Source: Camelus dromedarius | Lineage: Eukaryota | NCBI RefSeq assembly: GCF_036321535.1 | Contig: NC_087454.1 | Span: 20,336,001-20,400,000, forward strand | DNA: 64,000 bases | Reading direction: 5' to 3' | Part shown: positions 1-17,087 of the stretch, in pieces | How positions within the stretch are numbered: position 1 is the first letter of the stretch | Layout: the number at the start of each line of letters is the position of its first letter | Notes under the pieces: model-generated | The model's database searches: none | Told to the model about the DNA's origin: nothing | The model's input: only the letters and a program-made list of their open reading frames with translations | Translations under genes and position numbers: made by a program

Positions 1-44
1 TCCACCTCCACCTCTTGCCAGCGGTGTGATCTGGGGTGACGTAA

Positions 45-135
45 TGGGCCTCAGCTTCCTCATCTATATGATAGGGACCCTCACGACCCCCTCACAGCAT
101 TGATGTGAGGAATAAATGAACAGTGAACCTGTCAA
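45..135 (+). mobile_element. MIR fragment
   Basis: GGGCCTCAGCTTCCTCATCTAT...TGTGAGGAATAAATGA resembles the MIR core. Confidence 0.45.
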
Positions 136-331
136 AGAGTAGACAGGACCAGCAAATGTCAGGTTCCTGCCTTCTTCAAGCAGCTGTTTCCCAAGAAGGG
201 ACCCCTGAAGGCCTTGTGTCTGTCAGTCTCCGTCCAGGCTCTCGGCCTCCTCCAGGGCCCTTTGCGGCTCTCTTACCATCTTCCTTTTGGTTCTGGGGTC
301 CCTCACGCTACCTCTCACCTCCCTTTCTCAG

Positions 332-6401
<6,070 letters not shown>

Positions 6402-6567
6402 TCATGGCCACCGAGGCCTTTGCTGTCCTGCCGGGACCTGCCATCTCTCCCATTTCCTATCTTTCAACTTTTACCCTCAGACTCCGTGACCCATCCCCTC
6501 TCCCTGCTCTGAGTAAACCCCTGCCTCTAGGAACCCGAGGCGAGGCAGCCAGCGGCACATGCAAGCC

Positions 6568-7066
6568 GGGGAATCCCCAGGGCTCCTGCCGGCGTGGAGA
6601 TCCTCGGGTTTACTTGGCTCACTCTTTCCTTTCACTTTCACGTGGAATTTCCCAGTTATGAAATTAATAAAAATCAATGATTTCCTCATCTATCTGTGCC
6701 TCTACCTGGGTCCTGTGGGGAGAGAAAAGCCAGAATGATTCCAGGAACTGCAAGAAGGCAGGTCAGAGACCCTTCTGGACAAACAATGGCTGGACTCTGC
6801 TCCATAACAGAGTCAACAGGGGAACCAGTGAGGGCCTTGTGTCTGGTCCCTAAGGGGTAGGGGGCTTGTTGGGGAGGAACGAAGGCTGAGAGGAGGTGTT
6901 GACAGGAAGAATCCTGGATCCTGGGCAGCCAAAGGTGGGATTTTGCAGTTTCTGTTTCCTTGACTGGCAGCTCAGAGGGGGGCCCTCCCGCTCGGACATT
7001 CCGGAAAGTGATGTGGGTAGGGTGGGTGGGGCGAACAGCAGGCGCCAGAACACAGGTTGCATAAAA
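6568..7066 (+). promoter_or_regulatory. CFB upstream enhancer and promoter (NF-kB, IRF/ISRE, STAT, TATA-like)
   Basis: GGGGAATCCCC 6568-6578, TTTCCTTTCACTTTCA 6625-6640, GGAATTTCCC 6644-6653, CAGTTTCTGTTTCC 6946-6959, TTCCGGAAA 6999-7007, CATAAAA 7060-7066. Confidence 0.75.
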
Positions 7067-7216
7067 GGCTGGAGGTTGTAGGGGGCAGGGGAAGGGCGCG
7101 TGACACAGCCCAGGTCTGGAGCTTCAGCTTGGAAAAGCCCGCCAAGCAGACACATAGCAGAAGCTGAGACAGGCCGTCCTGCCCTCAGCCCCAGCTTCTC
7201 CCTGTCTTCCAAAGCC

Positions 7217-10200
7217 ATGGGGAGCAGTCGCAGCTGCCGACCCTGCCTAGCCCCCTTGATCCTGGCCCTCTTGTCTGGAGGTAAGTGCCCTCACAGGCTC
7301 CCTCCTGCTGCCCCCAGGATCCCTCCTTGGCCTTGTGAGCCTGGGCTTCACGGGCCTTCCTCTTTAGGTGTGAGCATGACGCCATTGCCTGAGGCTGGGC
7401 CCCAGAGCACCTGCTCTCTGGAGGGAGTAGAGATCAAAGGTGGCTCCTTTCGGCTGCTCAAGGAGGGGCAGGCACTGGAGTACGTGTGCCCTTCCGGCTT
7501 CTACCCATACCCTGCGCAGATTCGCACCTGCAGATCCACAGGGTCCTGGAGCACCCTGAAGACTCAAGACAGAAAGATTGTCAAGAGGGCCGAATGCAAA
7601 GGTTGGAGGGCAGCGAAGGGGGGCATGGGCCAGCAGAGGGACGGAGCAGGTGGTGGCCACGACCCAGACTTGGACAAGATTAGAGTTGTGTTGAGACCAG
7701 GCAGTCTGACCAGGCGGGCTGAACAGGGGTGGGAGCCGAGCAAGGGTTGGCGGTGGGATGGAGGGAGCAGCAAGGGGGCTAAACTTTACTAAGCATTGAC
7801 TGTGTCAGGCAGCCCTGGCAGCTGAAAGAACATTCAGAAATGGGGAGGGTAAGTGGCTGGACTCCTCACGGGTTGAGGCTAGTAGCTGATCCTGTGGGAT
7901 CGAGAAGACACTGTTTCTCAGTGACAGGGTCCCCGAGACCAGGAGGGATGTCCTAAAGGGCAGCCCTTCCCTCTCGGTCACTTCTACTTGTTCCCCTCCC
8001 CCAAAGCAATTCGCTGCCCCAGACCACAGGACTTTGAGAATGGGGAGTACTGGCCCAGGGCTGCCTACTACAATTTGAGTGACCAGATCACTTTCCGCTG
8101 CTATGATGGTTACACTCTCCGGGGCTCTGCCAATCGCACCTGCCAAGAGAATGGTCGGTGGGACGGGCAAACGGCCATCTGTGATGATGGAGGTGAGAAA
8201 CTTCCCCTCTCCCCATGACGGCACCCTTGCCCTGACCACCTCAGCCTGAGGAACTGGCACCAGAGCTCTTGTGCTCCACCTTGCTCTCCGGGCCTCCGGC
8301 TTTGGCCTTCACCTCCGCATCTCATGCTTCCGCAGCGGGGTACTGCCCGAACCCGGGCATCCCCATTGGCACAAGGAAGGTGGGCAGCCAGTACCGCCTT
8401 GAAGACACTGTCACCTACTACTGCAACCGGGGGCTCACCCTACGGGGCTCCCAGCAGCGCAAATGCCAGGAGGGTGGCTCTTGGAGTGGAACGGAGCCTT
8501 CCTGCCAAGGTGACTCTTGAGCTGGACAGTCAGGTCAGATCTTGCTCACCATCCTCACATCCCCACACAAGGGCACTGCCTTCTCCCTACTGCAAGCCAG
8601 CTCCTTCCTCACTCTTAAACATCCCTTTAGGACTCCCTCACTTCTGAGCCCTTTCCACCCCAGAAATCCACCATACCCTGTCTCTCTGGTCACTGCGTCC
8701 CTGACCTCCCAGACATTTGACCTGATTTCTGACCTCTCTCAGACTCCTTTATGTATGACACTCCTGGAGAGGTGGCCGAAGCCTTCCTATCCTCCCTGAC
8801 AGAGACCATAGAAGGAGTTGATGCTGAGGATGGACACATTCCAGGTGTGAAGGCAGAGATGGGAAGCGAGGTGGGGGTGGGGTTGGAGGATGAAGGGGCA
8901 GGAGAACCATGAGTCTCTCTGGTGGCACCCAGGGGAACAACAGAAGAGGAGGATTGTCCTGGACCCCTCGGGCTCCATGAACATCTACCTGGTGCTGGAT
9001 GGATCAGACAGCATTGGGGCCCACAACTTCACAGGAGCCAAGAACTGTCTCAGAGACTTCATTGAGAAGGTGAAATCCCCTCCCCTTGAACGTGGGGACC
9101 CTGAATGGATCTGGCTGCCCTGCTGGGATTAGCTCTTGGAGCTCCCAGCCGCTCTGAGCCACAGGGTCCCAGAAAATCTCCAGGTCCTGTTCTGTCCTCC
9201 TTCACTTTTACTTGAAGCAGTTTCTTGACCTTTAACCCAGACTCCTCCAAGAACCCCAGGGTGACGAGTCAGTCCTTGAATCTCTTACTCTGGCCTTCCC
9301 TACCTGTCCTAGCAAAGCTACTGAATTCTCCCACTTGCTTCCCTCACCCACAGGTGGCAAGTTATGGGGTGAAGCCAAAATATGGTCTAGTGACATATGC
9401 CACATATCCCAAAGTTTTGATCAAAGTGTCTGATGCAAAGAGCAGTGATGCAGACTGGGTCACAGAGCAGGTCAACCAGATCAACTACGAAGGTCAGAGG
9501 TCAAGGAAGGGAATGGTGGGAGGTTCACTTTGGGGTCAGAGGGATCAGAAGTTTCAGGGGTGTTGTGGGGAGTGGGGAGTGAGACCATATAGTGGGGCAG
9601 GGAGGACTACTTTTTCTAGCTGGACAGCAGGGTCACTGGGGAGTCTGTTGGAACTGAGAGGGTCACTTTGTCATCAAAGGGAAGTCAGTGGGGGTGACAA
9701 TTAACTCAGAAAGTTCGAAAATGTGGGTTACTGATAGGCCTCTGGGGACACGGATGGCTTGGAAGACCAGGTGAGGTGATGATTTCTTCCCTTTCCACAG
9801 ATCACAAGCTGAAGGCAGGGACAAACACAAAGAAGGCCCTCCTGGAAATATACAACATGATGAGCAGGGAAGTGAACACCTTACCTGAAACCTGGAACCG
9901 CACTCGCCATGTCATCATCCTCATGACTGATGGTCAGAGGGGCCTTTCTCCTGCCCGACTCCCCACCCTCTCACACCAGCGTATGGCCTTAAGTCCACAT
10001 GTAACACTGGACTCATGGCTGGGCCCTGACCGCTGCTCAGGGCCCTGAATTTGTCCATCTCTCCTGGGAACCTTTATAAGGAGGGACCCTTTTCTTTAAA
10101 GCTATGAGCTGTCACTTCCATCACCTCCCCAATCTGCTCACTCAGCCATAGGTGTCACTCCTTCTAGCCAGTTTCTCTTCCTTGACCCTCTCCCCTCCTT

Positions 10201-13089
10201 GTCTCCTACCTTCATGGCCCTGTCTCTCCTGCAGGCTTGCACAACATGGGCGGGGATCCAGTCTCTGCCATTCATGATATCCGGGACTTGCTGGACATTG
10301 GTAGAAGTCGCAAAAACCCAAGGGAGGATTATCTGGGTGCGTTTCAGTGCCCAGGACCCAGCACCCCACTTTCTCAGCTCCTGCCCACTTAGGGCCTTGA
10401 CCCTCACTCTCCCTTTTTCTCCCTCAGACATCTATGTGTTCGGGGTTGGGCCTCTGGTGAACCAAGAGAACATCAATGCTTTGGCTTCCAAGAAGGATAA
10501 AGAGCAACACGTGTTCAAAGTCAAGGACATGGAGGACCTGGAGAATGTTTTCATTCAAATGCTTGGTAGGCAGATACCGGAAGGGTAGATGGTCAGGAAA
10601 CTCAGTCCTCTCCAGGCCTCCCAAGGTCACTCATTCGTCCACTCCTCCCAAAGCCCTGGCAGCCTGCAAGTCCTTTCTCATTCTTTCCTCTCTACCTCGG
10701 TGTCACTATTCTTGCCTCCTGGCACTGTCCATTCCCTGATTTTAGACTCACAGGGCTCTGACTGAAGTCGGAGAGCTTTCTAGAGTCCCTTGTTTTACAG
10801 ATGTGGAAATTAAGGCCCAGAGAGATCCAGGAACAGCAGGCTAGCAAGAGTTGGGCCTGAAAGTCGCTGGGTCTCTAATCCGAGTCCCATGTTCTCTTCA
10901 CGATACCAGTGGTTTCTTACTCTCAGCATAAAGAAGCAAGTGCCCCTGCCCCTCCCTTCCTCCTATGGGCCTCTGCTCCCCAAAGACACATACATGTCCC
11001 TCCCCAAGACTGCTGCCATTTGGAAGTGAAGGGCCAGCTTTCAGCACATTCTCCTTTCTTGCCAGATGAAAGCCGGACTCTGGGCCTCTGTGGCATGGTT
11101 TGGGAGCACAAGGGAGGTACTGACTACCACAAGCAACCATGGCACACCAAGATTTCAGTCACTGTAAGTGCTGGTGGGGACTCATGGGAGGTGAGGTCAG
11201 GGTGAAATGAAGGTGGGGGAAGAGCAATCTGTTCACATTAGGTTGTGGTGTTTGTGAAAGGCGAGCTTCCCCCCTCTGCTGCTCTGTTCCTAGCGCCCTT
11301 CGAGGGGACATGAAAACTGTATGGGTGCTGTGGTATCTGAGTACTTTGTGCTGACAGCCGCACACTGTTTCACGGTGGAGGATGAGGCTCACTCAATCAA
11401 GGTCAGCGTGGGTAAGGAGGCAACCAGTCAGTCCTGACCTTCAGCCGTGCCCTCTGGGCAGGACCTGCCACTTCTTGAGCCCACACTCCACCGGTCCTCA
11501 ATGTAGCTCCCTCCCTTGCATGCTGGACCAGTTAGGGATGGGGAAGACTGAAGTTACGGATGACACGGGGCTCGAGGCAGGAGGCTTCTCGCAAAGAAGT
11601 GAGTGTTCTACAAGTACCCACTTTCCTACTTCAGGAGGGAAGAATCAGGCCCTGCAGATAGAGGAAGTCATATTTCACCCAAACTATGACCTCAATGCGA
11701 AAAAAGCAGAAGGAATTCCTGAATTTTATGACTATGATGTGGCCCTGATCAAACTCAGGAAGAAGCTGACATATGATCAGACCACCAGGTGAGCCAGCTG
11801 GATCCCTGAGGAGAAAAGGCCGGGAGAGGGAGGGCTGGGAGACTGGGGCAGGTCCAGAGTTCGCCATCCCTGAGTGTCCCTGTCTCTCCTTAACAGGCCC
11901 ATTTGTCTCCCTTGCACTGAGGGATCCAATCAAGCCTTGAGGCTTCCAAGGCTAACCACTTGCCAGCAACAGAGTAAGACATATTCTGGGAGAGGAGCAA
12001 AAGGGTGAGATTCCAAGAGGCAAATGAGGCATGAGGGGGAGCTGTAGGTGATGCCCAGCCCAGGCTCCAGCTCACACGAAGGGGCTGAGGGACATTGGCT
12101 GAGTGACAAAGACAATGGATAGATGGTGGGGGGGTGGAAGGGTGCCAAAATGACCCCGTCTGTCCACTTGTCTAGGGGAAGAGCTGCTCCCTGCAAAGGA
12201 TATCAAAGCTCTGTTTGTGTCTGAGTTGCCCAAAGAAAAGAAACTGATACGGAAGGAGGTCTACATCAAGAATGGGGAAAAGGTGAGGAACGTGGGATCC
12301 TGAAGGGGTCCTTTAGGCCCCAATTCTTCCTAAGCAAGCTCTGTTCTTCACCTCTTCCTCCTCTGTGCTTCCTACCCCACCTACAGAAAACCGCCTGTGA
12401 GAGAGATGCTCTGCATGCCCCAGGCTATGACAAAGTCAAGGACGTCTCTGAGGTGGTCACCCCCAGGTTCCTTTGCACTGGAGGGGTGGCTCCCTACGCT
12501 GACCCCAACACTTGCAAAGGTGAGAGAAGGCTCTTTGGTTGTGCTGTAAGTTCCTGGGACCCAAGAGTCTCTTCCCCTACAGCTCTTCCTCCCCACAGGT
12601 GATTCTGGTGGCCCTCTGATTATTCACAAGAAGAGTCGCTTCATTCAAGTGAGTTTCCCCTTTCCTAACTGTGGGGAGATGCCAGGTGGTCAGTGTTGTG
12701 TCCCACAGCAGGAAAGCTCAATGCATGTGGCTGGAAAGCGGAGGGTGGAGCCTGCCCTGCCTTAGGACTCTTCCTTAAACTGGCCAACTTAGGGCTGTGT
12801 GTCTGGTCTGTGTGCTGGAGGATAAGACTGAGCTGGGCCCCTGGTCTAGTCCTCCCACGTCAGCTCAAATGCAAACAGCTGCTTCCTGGGATTAGGAAGG
12901 AATTCCGCCCAGTGACCGGTGGTATCCCCTCGCCCTCTCCAGGTGGGTGTGATCAGCTGGGGCGTTGTGGATGTCTGCAAGGGGCAGAAGCAGCCACCTG
13001 CTCATGCCCGAGACTTCTACATCAACCTCTTCCAAGTGCTGCCCTGGCTCAAGGAGAAACTCAAAGATGAAGACCTCGGTTTTCTATAA
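7217..13089 (+). CDS. CFB: Complement factor B, complete, 18 exons, 763 aa
   Basis: Exons: 7217-7280, 7368-7601, 8007-8192, 8336-8509, 8743-8844, 8933-9069, 9354-9492, 9801-9932, 10235-10336, 10428-10565, 11066-11163, 11294-11411, 11635-11788, 11897-11973, 12176-12282, 12387-12519, 12599-12648, 12943-13089; total 2292 nt. Three CCP domains, factor D site QQKR|RIVLD, MIDAS DGSDS, triad LTAAHC / YDVAL / GDSGG. ATTAAA at 13123-13128. Confidence 0.98.
10790..10880 (-). mobile_element. MIR fragment
   Basis: TTTTACAGATGTGGAAATTAAGGCCCAGAGAG is the reverse complement of the MIR core. Confidence 0.45.
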
Positions 13090-13360
13090 GGGGTTTCCTG
13101 CTGGAAAGGGGCATGAGATCAAATTAAAACAGCTGCGACAACACCTGTGTTCAAGATCCTTTTGGGGTAAAGGAATGGGGAACGTGCGCTGGCCATGTTG
13201 TTACAACTGAGATCAAAACTAACGGCTGTTTTTAAAAGCTTGACCCCAGTCCCAAGTGCTGAAAAACCAGAGGCTGAGGGAGATCTGTAAGCTTCCACCT
13301 CAGTGTTTTACTGAGACCAGCGTTGGGGCAGATGAGGCACACGGAATCCAGCTTCACTCC

Positions 13361-16300
13361 CTAGAAGCCGTCCACAAGGTTTTCCTTGTAGACGTCATCA
13401 CTGTAGACAATCTGGGTCCTCTTGTCCCGGTGGCAACCCTTAGGGCTATTCTGGACAGCTAGGGAGGGAGGAAAGGATTTGTTAAGGTCCGAAGGAGAGC
13501 ACTGAGGAGACCTGAGGCCCAGAGTCTGACCACCTCAACACCTCTGCCCTCTCTCTGGCCCTTGGCGGCCCAGCCTCCATGCTGCCCTCTGGTGGCTGGA
13601 TGGCCTTTCTAGCTTTACACCACTTAGGTAAGAAATCTCAAATGTTACTGTTGAGACATGTGAATGATGTTAACCTACTACTTTCAGTCAGTACACCAAA
13701 AATTAAAAATTAGAAAACCTTTATAGCCCTTTGTTAACATGCAGATCATTTCTGGCTCCTTCCTCTTATATAGAGTGCCACTCCCACTCTGAACCCCTTT
13801 GCACCCATCCCTTTGCACGAAAATCCATTTCAGGTAAAATGAGTTATTTGCCCCATTAGGAGAACTCACTCCAGGTGTAGCTCTGGCCGCAAGAATTCTC
13901 CCTCGAGCTGCCTCTCCCCTTCCTCTTTCCTCCCCACACCGTGCCCCTCCACGCTATCTCTGGGGCTAGAGTGAACCCCTCACACCAAGCCCCGTTCTCC
14001 TGGAGCTGTGTATCTTGACACTGCTGATCATTTCCTCCTTCTCAAAGCTTGTACCCTTAGGCTTCAACAACCCTCGACGGTGCTGCTCTCAGCACCGTGA
14101 CCTCTCCTTCTGTCTCCTTTGCTGCATCCTCGACTTCCGCCTGACATGTCGGGAGGCTGGGGATGTGTGGGGAGTGAGGAGGACAGCCCTGCTCCCTAAC
14201 ACAGTCTCCGAATACTCCTCAAGCCCAGTCCTGGGTCATTTTTCCCTCCAAATTCAGTCTCCCCCACCGATACTACCGCTTTGCAGCTACCCTGTGATAC
14301 AGAGGACTCTGATCTGTGTTTTCATTGCTCACCTCACACCTGAGTTCCAGACCCCTAACGTCAAAGGCTTATTTTACAAAACCAGCTATACTCCATCTCA
14401 AAATGAACATGCCACATGAGATGCTCATTTTCCTCACCAAGCTGACTGACTCACTCCCCTCTTCCTCCCTGTGCTGGTACTGCCTTAGAAATTATCTTCA
14501 ATCCTTTTCTCTCCTTCTCCTGCCTCTAACAGGGGGCCAGACAATTCTTCTTCTCATTCCCGCAGCCGCCACACAAATCCAGACCTCTGCCCCCTCTAGG
14601 GAACCCAGAAACATGCAGGGGAACAAAAAAAGGGGTGGCCTAGTGAGGGACAGGATGAGGGAGGAAGAATCCTGTTCTTACCCAGGGAGCCCCAGACAGA
14701 CTTGCCAGTGGCGGCATCCAGCATGGGCTGTTTTCGGGCAATGCTGACTTTGAGCTGTACGGACTCCACCTGGGTCCCGTTGAGCTGGGGCAGAAGAGGG
14801 GAGGGGGCAGCGGATGGGGGGGGGGAACATTACAGACAAACTAAAGGAGGATTTCTAGGCGCTGCCACCCTAGAAGTAGATTGAGTAGGGATCTGAGGGT
14901 ATAAAGTTTCCTGTGTGAATAGGGAGGGACTTTTTGTCAAGAGGAAATGATTTCCTCCTGGATCCCAGCATTTTAAAAGGAAAATAGGAGGATGGCAGGA
15001 GGGATGGGAAGAACAGATCTGGGAAGTCCCAACCTCAGCAACGGCCTGATCTGCTGACTCCATCTTTTCGTAAGTGACGAAGGCACAGCTGGGATGAGAA
15101 AACACAGGGTCAGTAGAGGGCCTATGGGCTCTTCAGGACCCCGCCAAACCCAGTGTAACAGGCTGTGGAGACAGGCGAGCTTCCTCCCTTAGGGCTCACA
15201 CCCCAGGTCCTCCTAGGACTTATCATCTTTCCTCATGGTCGTCCTTACTTTCTGGGTGGGTCCATGGAGAGGTCAATGATGTTTCCAAAGGGAGAGAAGG
15301 CCCCACGGAGGAGGGTGGGCGTCATGTCTTCTCCATACACATAGAGAGTATTCCCCTTCCGCGGGGCCCGGCGTTCAGGGAATGAGTCCGACCCTACAGG
15401 ACAGGAATTAGTCATGAGGCCTAGTCTATCTCACCCTCCACTTTAAGAGTCCACTTTAGTGGGACTCACCTAAAACTTATCTGAGGTCACTTCCCCACCA
15501 GCCAAGATCACTCACTGCGGAAAGGGCCCTCTCGGTCCCGATCCCTGTCCCGGTCTCGATCTCGGTCTCGGTCCCTGTCCCGATCTCTGTCCCGGTCTCG
15601 ATCGCGGTCTCTGTCCCGGTCCCGGTCTCGATCCCGGTCTCGGTCCCGTTCCCGGTCTCTGTCCCGGTTCCGCTCACGACTGCGGTCCCGGCTGCGGCTT
15701 CGGGGTGGGGAGGCTGAGGAGCGGGCACCACCACGTTCTTCATAACCCCAGTCAAAGCTTCGAGGGGGGCCATCACCAGCCCCTGAGACCTCTGCTTCTT
15801 CCCCATCTGGCCCCAGTTCCCGAAGCCGATCACTGGAAGATACAAAACTGCGGAGAGGCAGACAATGAGGATCAAAGGGGGCCTCTACTTCATCTTCCCA
15901 GATCCTGTGGAGACTCAACACTCCCTCCGTAGCCCCAGCTCCTCCCACTCCAGTCCCGAATCGTCTAAGGACCCAGGCGATGCCCCCACTATCTTCCTCC
16001 CCTCCCCAGCCAAAGGGGACCCAGTCCTATCTTTCTCTAACCTCTCATACAGAGATTTCCTCTGGGGACGTCTGGATGACTGAAAGAGAGACCAAAGACA
16101 GGTAAGACGATTCCTCTTTGCTGGCATGTGGCCCCAAATACGTGGGTTTCTCGTCTTTTTCAATCCTGGGCCCCTCAGAGACAGAAAATTGGAAACAATT
16201 ACCTCCTGCAGATCGTCGTCGGCAGATACACTCCTCTGGAATGGCTGGAAAGTGGGGACTGGCCCCTTCTCAGGGTCCTGGGAAGGTGGGAGAGAGCTAC

Positions 16301-17087
16301 CTCAGCGGGGGGAGCAGGAGGCTACCTAACCATGGGATGGTGGGGGTTCCTCCTCCCTCACCCTCTTCTTGGCTTCCTCTGGCCTATCTTTATTTTCTGT
16401 TAACTCCTCTGTACCATTCTTACTTGACTGTGTGGTATTTTTCATAAATGACTTAATACACCCTTAAAGTATTTAGTTTACTTAAAAATTTCTTGAACCT
16501 GATGACATTTTCAGCCTGTTCAACTCCTCAGAGTAACAAAATCCAGGAGCTCTAATATGTGGTGAATTAGACTCACAGAATGCGTAAAACAAAGAATTCA
16601 GGAGCCACCCACTTTCTTCACCTTACGGATAAGAAACTGGAAGCTCAAAATGGGATAGCAACTTGCGCATGATTGAACAGGCGTCACTTTTCCCTTAAAC
16701 CTACCTCCATTTCAACTTGCAAGGATGCCCTCTGGAGTCAAGGATCCCCTGAACAACTTTTCTCCTTGTGCTCACCTTTAACTTCCCCTCTAGGGTTCGA
16801 GAACGTTTGAAGCCTGAGTTCTTGGTCTCGGCCTTGATGGCACTGATGGCTCCTGACTTCACCAGCTGCTTTGCCTGCTCTGTTGCTGTGGCTGTGTCCA
16901 CCACAGGCTGCTCTGACAGTGCTGGAGTGGTGAGGGAAAGAGGCATTATGTTAGCCAGGCTGGGACAGAGGTCAGCCCCACGCCGCTCACTTCGTCTGCC
17001 CCAGCCCCGTCACTCACAGCGTTTGACACCGCCTTGGCTGGCTGTGCTGCTGCTGCTTTGCTTCTTCAGAGCCAGCAATGCCTTTTT
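13361..17087 (-). CDS. NELFE: Negative elongation factor E (RD protein); visible coding exons 3-11, with the ATG exon inferred to lie in the N gap
   Basis: Minus-strand exons: 17018-17087, 16776-16921, 16203-16277, 16042-16079, 15516-15847 (Arg-Asp repeat), 15249-15393, 15034-15088, 14682-14784, 13361-13458 (TAG). RRM NTLYVYG...CAFVTY; C-terminus KENLVDGF. Non-coding exon 1 donor at 18996-18997. Confidence 0.95.
14010..14560 (+). mobile_element. L2 LINE fragment
   Basis: TTGACACTGCTGATCATTTCCTCCTTCTC and CATCTCAAAATGAACATGCC are L2-like. Confidence 0.5.
15535..15690 (-). repeat. Coding hexamer repeat for the NELFE Arg-Asp (RD) tract
   Basis: CGGGAC/CGAGAC/AGAGAT hexamers translate to RSRDRSRERNRDRDRE(RD)nREGPFR. 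Confidence 0.95.
16922..17017 (-). ncRNA. Candidate mirtron: NELFE intron orthologous to the human miR-1236 intron
   Basis: 96-nt intron GTGAGTGACGGGGCTGGGGCAG...AACATAATGCCTCTTTCCCTCACCACTCCAG with a G-rich 5' arm and a pyrimidine-rich 3' arm. Its 3' end resembles the recalled hsa-miR-1236-3p (CCUCUUCCCCUUGUCUCUCCAG). Expression cannot be shown from sequence. Confidence 0.35.

Noticed and set aside
7100-7792. 230-aa ORF in the track
   Set aside because: It is CFB exons 1-2 read through in-frame introns from a non-ATG start.
15477-15875. ORF with GTGTET/GIET repeats and other repeat-like ORFs here
   Set aside because: These are alternative-frame shadows of the NELFE RD hexamer repeat.
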